From the IMG/VR virus record IMGVR_UViG_2565956724_000001: a stretch of DNA of 4,107 bases. One strand, given 5' to 3'. Position 1 is the first letter of the stretch; each line of letters starts with the position of its first letter. Positions 1 to 4,107 of the stretch are shown piece after piece. The DNA comes from a virus. Lineage: Duplodnaviria > Heunggongvirae > Uroviricota > Caudoviricetes. A program made the position numbers and the translations under genes. Below the pieces are notes generated by a model that saw nothing but the letters and a program-made list of their open reading frames with translations, was not told the DNA's origin and did no database searches.

Positions 1-122
1 AGTTGCCATGTTTTACGGCAGTGAGAGCAGAGATAGCGCTGATGTCCGGCAGTGCTTTTGCCGTTACGCACCACCCCGTCAGTAGCTGAACAGGAGGGAC
101 AGCTGATAGAAACAGAAGCCAC
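1..122 (-). CDS. insA: IS1 InsA, N-terminal part (partial CDS running off the window)
   Basis: Minus-strand translation from the GTG at 122-120 gives [41 protein letters not shown]..., the InsA N-terminus as I recall it. The CDS continues past position 1. Confidence 0.8.
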   Translation of the reverse strand, partial: MASVSISCPSCSATDGVVRNGKSTAGHQRYLCSHCRKTWQ

Positions 123-154
123 TGGAGCACCTCAAAAACACCATCATACACTAA

Positions 155-177
155 ATCAGTAAGTTGGCAGCATCACC
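155..177 (-). repeat. IS1 left terminal inverted repeat (IRL, 23 bp)
   Basis: atcagtaagttggcagcatcacc at 155-177 is the reverse complement of GGTGATGCTGCCAACTTACTGAT. It pairs with the IRR-type end at 3948-3970 (GGTAATGACTCCAACTTATTGAT). Confidence 0.85.
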
Positions 178-396
178 TATCACGGCATGCGAATTGAGCT
201 TAAAGAACCAAATGGTAAAGCCCCGACGAAAGAGCAGATCGCCTGGATGCGCAGGCTTAGAGAGGAAGGTTACTACGTCGTTCTTGCGTATGGTGCAGAA
301 CAAGCGATAACCGCCATCCTGGAATACATAAGCCTTAAAAAGGGTGAGGCTATTGAGCATGTATTGAACGGCGACAAGTGGTTGTATGCTGCTTAA
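178..396 (+). pseudogene. VRR-NUC domain nuclease, 3' fragment; 5' part displaced by the IS1 insertion
   Basis: The frame is open from the IS1 junction (178) to TAA at 394-396. Product ...YHGMRIELKEPNGKAPTKEQIAWMRRLREEGYYVVLAYGAEQAITAILEYI... matches the C-terminal half of the VRR-NUC (PD-(D/E)xK) fold, with the E-x-K element (IELK) and the GK..(S/T)..Q..W..L...G motif. The upstream PD/D element is absent. The listed ATG at 187 has no Shine-Dalgarno and lies 10 nt inside the junction. Confidence 0.6.
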
Positions 397-418
397 AATA
401 ATAAATTAATTAGTGCAT

Positions 419-443
419 ATGTGCTCTTTGATATAGCGCACAT
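419..443. promoter_or_regulatory. Near-palindromic element in an AT-rich intergenic region (possible operator or promoter-associated site)
   Basis: atgtgctct (419-427) and agcgcacat (435-443) form an 8/9 inverted repeat around a 7-bp spacer ttgatat. It lies between the VRR-NUC stop and the next gene, in sequence containing TTGATA- and TTAATT-like hexamers. No convincing -35/-10 pair with proper spacing was found. Confidence 0.25.
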
Positions 444-462
444 TAACATCGGGAGAATAATC

Positions 463-618
463 GTGTCATTCAAGGCTAATTATGAATCGCTGGCATCGAT
501 CATGCCGCGTAATGAACAGGAAGCAGATGCTGTAGTGGACCCGGTAATCGCTGAAATGAATGCTCGCCTGGAGGCTGAATTTGCAGCTGAGAATGAACAT
601 ACCACCCAGGGCGACTAG
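463..618 (+). CDS. Small acidic hypothetical protein (51 aa from GTG; the ORF track offers an ATG at 421 in the same frame)
   Basis: GGGAGA Shine-Dalgarno at 451-456 lies 6 nt upstream of GTG 463. Product VSFKANYESLASIMPRNEQEADAVVDPVIAEMNARLEAEFAAENEHTTQGD. It is co-directional with and overlapped by the next gene. No family recognised. Confidence 0.45.
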   Translation: MSFKANYESLASIMPRNEQEADAVVDPVIAEMNARLEAEFAAENEHTTQGD

Positions 619-1222
619 GACTGTTTTTTGTGTCGGTAGCGGTCCGTCACTCACTCGTGAGGACTGTGCTGCTATAGAAAAAACTGGCTGTTCAATCATC
701 GCGGTTAACAATTCCTGGCAGATGTTCGATGACATTTATGCCTTATACGCCGGTGATTTGTCATGGTGGAAGCAATACGGATCCACCATACCGGGAGGGA
801 GATTCCGCAAAGTGACAGCCAACCTGGCGGCGGCGAAATCATTTTCGTTGGAGTACAGGCGATATTGTGGACCGGCGGAAGGGGTAAATAGCGGCGCGCA
901 GGCTATCAGTCTGGCTGCTGAATCAGGGGCTGAAGTAGTGGTATTAGTCGGCTATGACTGTTCTCTGCAAAACGGCCTTCATTGGCATGGCGCGCACCCT
1001 CAAGCCCTACGGAATCCAACGCAGGTGTCTATTTCAAAATGGCAACAGCAGTTCCTGGATACCCGCAAAAAACACGCAGATTTACATATTTTGAATGCAA
1101 GTAGGAGCAGTGCAATTCAATGTTTCCCAAGAATAAATTTAGAGGCAGTGATCGCGTTATTATCGTCGGCAGTGGCCCAAGCGCCGCAAACTTTGTTGCG
1201 CCGCGCGGAGTGCCGATTATAG
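593..1222 (+). CDS. GSGPSL-motif Rossmann-type protein, paralog 1; GT42 sialyltransferase-like / MptE-like (DUF115) fold candidate
   Basis: Long ORF in frame 2 (track start 560; ATG 593 is an alternative). Has an N-terminal V-x-x-VGSGPSL (GSGPS at 635-649), then IIAVNN, and a C-terminal VNSGAQAISLAAESGAEVVVLVGYD...HWHG block. This resembles the Campylobacter Cst-II pattern (GNGPSL ... TSG..A.ALG..I.L.GID ... H) as I recall it. Start codon uncertain. The 3' end overlaps the next gene by about 100 nt. Confidence 0.6.
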   Translation: MNIPPRATRTVFCVGSGPSLTREDCAAIEKTGCSIIAVNNSWQMFDDIYALYAGDLSWWKQYGSTIPGGRFRKVTANLAAAKSFSLEYRRYCGPAEGVNSGAQAISLAAESGAEVVVLVGYDCSLQNGLHWHGAHPQALRNPTQVSISKWQQQFLDTRKKHADLHILNASRSSAIQCFPRINLEAVIALLSSAVAQAPQTLLRRAECRL

Positions 1223-1746
1223 CGGTCAATGGGGCCATCGACTGGCTTAACCGCGCTTCTTATTTTTTCACCCTTGATCCATCGCCAGACAATATGCGGC
1301 GCGTTGGTCGTGGCCGCCGTCGCCGTGGTGTTTGTTATTGCATGGCACTACCCGATGTTAAAGAACGTGAAGTCAGAGATGGCGTTCTGTGCTTCCGTCG
1401 TGTGGCTGAGCGCGGCACGGAGCCAAAAAATACGAATTCTCCCGAGTGGTGGGCGTGGCGCTGGTCCGCACATTTCGGCCTTTGCGAAGATGAGAATGAA
1501 ATTGCCAGCGGCAATAGTGCATATGGTGCTCTGAACCTGGCTTTCCATATCGGATTCAAACATGTCGCCCTGGTGGGCGTTGACGCTACACAAGAACCAC
1601 GCGTTCACTCCGGCGGCACGCCAAAAAATCTAAGTCACCTGCCTTTGTTATTCCAGTCTGCGCGTGAACAGATTGACGTTGTTTCATGCGGGAAAATGGG
1701 AGGTATTCCGCAGATGACTCTTAAAGAATGGCTGAAGAATACATGA
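1120..1746 (+). CDS. GSGPS-motif Rossmann-type protein, paralog 2, with an Arg/Cys-rich central insertion; GT42-like / MptE-like fold candidate
   Basis: AGGAG at 1103-1107 precedes ATG 1120. N-terminal VIIVGSGPS (1168-1182), then IIAVNG, and C-terminal [28 protein letters not shown]...HSGG align with paralog 1 on both sides within one frame. Stop TGA 1744-1746 overlaps the ATG of the phosphatase gene. Confidence 0.6.
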   Translation: MFPKNKFRGSDRVIIVGSGPSAANFVAPRGVPIIAVNGAIDWLNRASYFFTLDPSPDNMRRVGRGRRRRGVCYCMALPDVKEREVRDGVLCFRRVAERGTEPKNTNSPEWWAWRWSAHFGLCEDENEIASGNSAYGALNLAFHIGFKHVALVGVDATQEPRVHSGGTPKNLSHLPLLFQSAREQIDVVSCGKMGGIPQMTLKEWLKNT

Positions 1747-2420
1747 TGGCACCCACAATTTATCACCGTATCGACGGTACCAAATACAGGAATGTCTGGG
1801 TTGTTGGTGATCTGCATGGTTGCTACACCAGACTGATGTCCGAACTCCATCGTGTGGATTTTGACCCGGCGCAGGATTTACTGATATCGGTCGGCGACCT
1901 TATCGATCGCGGTACTGAAAATGTCGAATGTCTGGAACTATTGCAGATGCCCTGGTTCAGGGCAGTGATGGGGAACCATGAGCGGCTGATGATTGATGCG
2001 TTAAGTCCAGATGGCAACGTGAATAACTGGCTAATGAATGGCGGTCAATGGTTCTTCATGCTGGACGCTGATCAGGAAATATTAGCCAGGGCGCTGGTGG
2101 AGTTGGTAAGACGACTGCCCTATATCATTGAGTTGAACACCGGGCAAGAAACTATCGTTATAGCCCATGCCGACTATCCGGATAATGAATATCAATTCGG
2201 TAAGGAGGTGCCGCTTTTCAACGTTGTCTGGGCGCGCGAGCGTATCAGTGATTCGATGGATGATATTGGTGGCGAAATTTCTGGCGCAGATCGTTTTATC
2301 TTTGGTCACACTCCGGTGAAAAGCCCGAAGACATTCTGGAATCAGCATTATATCGACACAGGTGCCGTATTTTGCGGAAACCTGACATTGATGAAAGTGA
2401 AAGGTGATGGTGCAGCATGA
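1743..2420 (+). CDS. Ser/Thr protein phosphatase, PPP family, bacteriophage-lambda-phosphatase-like
   Basis: All three PPP signature motifs are present: GDLHG (1806-1820), GDLIDRG and GNHE. The whole product resembles lambda phosphatase as I recall it (..[56 protein letters not shown]..). Start ambiguous (ATG 1728, 1743 or 1746); 1743 overlaps the upstream stop as ATGA. End 2420 is firm. Confidence 0.85.
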   Translation: MMAPTIYHRIDGTKYRNVWVVGDLHGCYTRLMSELHRVDFDPAQDLLISVGDLIDRGTENVECLELLQMPWFRAVMGNHERLMIDALSPDGNVNNWLMNGGQWFFMLDADQEILARALVELVRRLPYIIELNTGQETIVIAHADYPDNEYQFGKEVPLFNVVWARERISDSMDDIGGEISGADRFIFGHTPVKSPKTFWNQHYIDTGAVFCGNLTLMKVKGDGAA

Positions 2421-3118
2421 AGATTGCTTTAGTTCTTCGCTCTGGTGGTGACTATAACGCTTCCGATGTGCAGTGGCTGGTTAATCAACTGCCAAAAGGC
2501 TATGAAATTATTTGCCTGACAGACCTGAAGCGTTTACATGTACCTGGCGTCAAAGTTGTCCCATTGATCAACCAGTGGCAAAAGTGCCGTGGCTGGTGGG
2601 CGAAAATCGAGTTGTTCCGACCGGATATAACCGATGATCTGTTCTATCTGGATTTGGACACGGTTATTGCCGGTGATATACGCCCAATCCTAGAGAATCC
2701 ACCAACCAGCTTCACCATGCTTAGGGATTTTTACCATCCACAATATCGTGGCAGCGGTGCCCTGTGGATACCAAATAGTGTAAAAGCGCATATCTGGAGT
2801 GCATTCTGGCAAGATCCGGAAGGTTGGATTGCTCGTTGTGTTACTACTGAATGCTGGGGTGAGCAGGGGTTTTTGCGGAAGGTTATGGGTGATGATACAC
2901 CAGCATTTCAGGATCTGTATCCGGGATGGTTTGTAAGTTACAAGGCCGATGTTGTGGAACCTGGTTCGAAATATGCGAGCGCGCGTTACTCCAGGGGGAA
3001 TGGGGCATTACCAAAAGACTGCCGAATAATCTTTTTCCACGGCAAACCGCGACCTCGCGAAGTGTCAGAGGATTGGCTTCCCCTTATCAGCTCATTTTTT
3101 GAGCGAGAATCAGAATAA
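2417..3118 (+). CDS. DxD-motif protein, putative GT-A-fold nucleotide-sugar transferase (function uncertain)
   Basis: ATG 2417-2419 overlaps the phosphatase stop TGA 2418-2420. Has an N-terminal beta-strand-like KIALVL..GGDYN, a hydrophobic stretch, then D-L-D (FYLDLDTVI, 2651-2659), and a C-terminal FFHGKPRP reminiscent of the H-x-x-G-x-x-KPW element of GT8 enzymes. Followed by a terminator. Confidence 0.55.
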   Translation: MKIALVLRSGGDYNASDVQWLVNQLPKGYEIICLTDLKRLHVPGVKVVPLINQWQKCRGWWAKIELFRPDITDDLFYLDLDTVIAGDIRPILENPPTSFTMLRDFYHPQYRGSGALWIPNSVKAHIWSAFWQDPEGWIARCVTTECWGEQGFLRKVMGDDTPAFQDLYPGWFVSYKADVVEPGSKYASARYSRGNGALPKDCRIIFFHGKPRPREVSEDWLPLISSFFERESE

Positions 3119-3146
3119 TATTGCTCTAATAATTCCATATTTTTAA

Positions 3147-3174
3147 AACGTGATGTACACTCATCACGTTTTTT
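3147..3174. terminator. Rho-independent terminator hairpin, probably bidirectional, inside a larger 64-bp palindrome
   Basis: 9-bp stem aacgtgatg (3147-3155) / catcacgtt (3162-3170) with loop tacact, then a run of six T on + (3169-3174) and an A/T tract on the other side. Flanked by perfect 12-bp inverted repeats ttgctctaataa (3121-3132) / ttattagagcaa (3173-3184). Sits 29 nt after the stop of the DxD gene. Confidence 0.55.
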
Positions 3175-3199
3175 ATTAGAGCAATCTATAAGGTGCACT

Positions 3200-3418
3200 A
3201 TGTGGCCATTCCGACGGAAATATCACTACTGGCTGATCGCCTTTGTTACGCCGACCGGCGGTATCAGGCATGTCATCACCAGGTATCGCAACAAGAGACT
3301 CACCTTAGCCAGAATTTTACAGGCTGCCATAGGTGAGGGACTGGATACAAATTGCGTAGTCCTTCCACCTTCATACTTAGGAAAAATGACCGAAGCACAA
3401 GCTAATACGGAACTTTGA
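3200..3418 (+). CDS. Hypothetical protein (72 aa)
   Basis: ORF with AAGGTG 5-10 nt upstream of ATG 3200. No recognisable motif; contains several rare Arg/Ile codons. A competing antisense ORF (3226-3447, TTG start, no RBS) covers the same DNA, so coding status is uncertain. Confidence 0.3.
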   Translation: MWPFRRKYHYWLIAFVTPTGGIRHVITRYRNKRLTLARILQAAIGEGLDTNCVVLPPSYLGKMTEAQANTEL

Positions 3419-3577
3419 AATGAGCACTTCAGCACAAAACCAATCAATCGAAAATGTATCTAGAGGAAACTGCGGCAAGAAGACTTCTCGATGTTTGCTA
3501 TGCACGTAGCGATGCATGGGAAAAAGAGAACGGCGGCACTATTTACGTTCGCTGATAGTTACAGTGTCACTTTTAAT

Positions 3578-3608
3578 GCTGGTGGAGTGCTCCCACCAGC
3601 ATTTTTTT
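3578..3608 (+). terminator. Rho-independent terminator
   Basis: GC-rich hairpin gctggtggag (3578-3587) / ctcccaccagc (3590-3600) with a one-base bulge, followed by TTTTTTT (3602-3608). Confidence 0.6.
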
Positions 3609-3627
3609 CGTCCAATGAGGAGGGCAT

Positions 3628-3947
3628 TTGAGTATTTTCAATAAACACGCACACCAGGAACGTCCGTACATCGTCATAGTAGATATTGATGGGACGATAT
3701 CAGAGGCAACGGAAGACAGGCTGCATTTACTTCCACCACCTGGCAAAGGTGCATTAACAGAGCACTGGAACGAGTTTAACCTTGCCTGTGACACTGATGC
3801 TCCCATCACTCCAGTTATTGATATGGTGCGCCAGTTGTCCGGCATTTACACCCTCTGGTTTGTAACCGGGCGCTGTGAGATAGCCAGGGATAAAACACGA
3901 GCCTGGTTGCGTAAGCACGTAACAAATGGGGCTGAGCCTTTGCTATC
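3628..3947 (+). pseudogene. HAD-superfamily phosphatase, PNK-3'-phosphatase-like, 5' fragment truncated by the IS1 insertion
   Basis: Strong Shine-Dalgarno GAGGAGG (3617-3623), then TTG start at 3628. HAD motif I D-I-D-G-T at 3682-3696 (IVIVDIDGTIS); downstream CDTD...TPVIDMV...VTGR resembles the T4 polynucleotide kinase phosphatase domain as I recall it. The reading frame runs directly into the IS1 end at 3948, so the native C-terminal motifs are missing; the last 6 codons plus the stop of the listed ORF are IS1-encoded. Confidence 0.6.
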
Positions 3948-3970
3948 GGTAATGACTCCAACTTATTGAT
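3948..3970 (-). repeat. IS1 right terminal inverted repeat (IRR, 23 bp)
   Basis: ggtaatgactccaacttattgat at 3948-3970; imperfect inverted repeat partner of the end at 155-177. Confidence 0.85.
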
Positions 3971-4107
3971 AGTGTTTTATGTTCAGATAATGCCCGATGA
4001 CTTTGTCATGCAGCTCCACCGATTTTGAGAACGACAGCGACTTCCGTCCCAGCCGTGCCAGGTGCTGCCTCAGATTCAGGTTATGCCGCTCAATTCGCTG
4101 CGTATAT
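3963..4107 (-). CDS. insB: IS1 InsB (InsAB' transposase), C-terminal part (partial CDS running off the window)
   Basis: Minus-strand translation ends ...[47 protein letters not shown] with stop TAA (complement of 3963-3965) inside the IRR. Confidence 0.8.

Larger units (their letters stand above)
1..177 (-). mobile_element. IS1 insertion sequence, partial copy (left/IRL end; rest lies beyond the window start)
   Basis: Reverse complement of 1-177 reads ggtgatgctgccaacttactgatttagtgtatgatggtgtttttgaggtgctccagtggcttctgtttctatcagctgtccc..., which I recognise from memory as the IS1 left end including the start of insA. Similarity stops sharply at 177/178. One apparent difference from the canonical copy as I recall it (gcactgcc vs gcaccgcc), synonymous in insA. 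Confidence 0.9.
3948..4107 (-). mobile_element. IS1 insertion sequence, partial copy (right/IRR end; rest lies beyond the window end)
   Basis: 3948-4107 is the reverse complement of the IS1 right end as I recall it (...cagcgaattgagcggcataacctgaatctgaggcagcacctggcacggctgggacggaagtcgctgtcgttctcaaaatcggtggagctgcatgacaaagtcatcgggcattatctgaacataaaacactatcaataagttggagtcattacc). Confidence 0.9.

Noticed and set aside
1-177. Resemblance of the first 177 bp to sequence found in common cloning vectors (p15A/Tn9-derived plasmids), which first suggested vector contamination
   Set aside because: The similarity is explained by IS1: those vectors carry IS1 remnants. Here the match continues as a genuine IS1 end with its inverted repeat and insA start, and a second IS1 end is present at 3948-4107.
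151-360. Minus-strand ORF 151-360 (69 aa)
   Set aside because: It straddles the IS1 / phage junction and is antisense to the VRR-NUC fragment, which has clear family features.
421-618. ATG 421 as start of the small ORF, and ATG 560 as start of paralog 1
   Set aside because: GTG 463 has a well-spaced GGGAGA RBS, whereas ATG 421 has none. For paralog 1, ATG 560 and ATG 593 are both possible and neither has a strong RBS; 593 is reported, with the start flagged as uncertain.
1229-1534. Alternative + strand ORF (101 aa, hydrophobic) overlapping paralog 2 in another frame
   Set aside because: The conserved N- and C-terminal motifs shared with paralog 1 both lie in frame 1 (1120-1746), so no frameshift is needed. 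The hydrophobic frame-2 product is best explained as an open alternate frame in GC-rich DNA.
466-2348. Minus-strand ORFs 466-735, 1029-1238, 1335-1559, 1348-1608, 1635-1850, 1823-2017, 2082-2348
   Set aside because: All lie antisense to + strand genes that carry recognisable motifs and tight operon spacing. None has a convincing RBS or recognisable product.
2986-3198. Minus-strand ORF 2986-3198
   Set aside because: It overlaps the 3' end of the DxD gene and runs through the palindromic terminator. No RBS, low-complexity product.
3226-3447. Minus-strand ORF 3226-3447 (73 aa, TTG start)
   Set aside because: No Shine-Dalgarno, and it is the mirror of the + strand ORF 3200-3418, which at least has an AAGGTG RBS. 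Both are weak; only the + strand one is reported, at low confidence.
3573-3845. Minus-strand ORF 3573-3845 (90 aa)
   Set aside because: Antisense to the HAD gene, which has a clear DxDGT motif, and it runs through the terminator hairpin.
178-3947. The inner flanks of the two IS1 ends as a shared target-site duplication (single IS1 on a small circular element)
   Set aside because: The 9-bp flanks (tatcacggc at 178-186, tttgctatc at 3939-3947) are not identical, and the two interrupted genes belong to different protein families.
1-4107. CRISPR arrays, tRNA or rRNA genes
   Set aside because: No regularly spaced direct repeats, and no cloverleaf-like or rRNA-like conserved segments were seen on either strand.

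Overview
This window is a 3.77-kb slice of a lambdoid-prophage-like 'nin-type' early region (178-3947) bracketed by two partial IS1 copies in the same orientation (1-177 and 3948-4107, both on the minus strand). Each IS1 end abuts a gene fragment: a VRR-NUC nuclease gene has lost its 5' part (178-396) and an HAD/PNK-3'-phosphatase-like gene has lost its 3' part (3628-3947). Between them all genes run on the + strand in a tightly packed cassette: a small acidic ORF, two divergent paralogous Rossmann-type proteins with a GSGPS(L) motif that resemble the GT42 sialyltransferase / MptE-like (DUF115) fold, a lambda-type PPP Ser/Thr phosphatase with all three signature motifs, and a DxD-motif protein that looks like a GT-A-fold nucleotide-sugar transferase. 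Two stop/start ATGA overlaps suggest translational coupling, and the cassette ends at a palindromic terminator. The candidate novelty is this glycosyltransferase-like trio sitting where lambdoid phages carry accessory genes; its substrate (envelope glycan, protein or phage nucleic acid) cannot be determined from sequence alone. No tRNA, rRNA or CRISPR array was seen. All homology statements rest on motif recognition and memory of known sequences, not on a database search.
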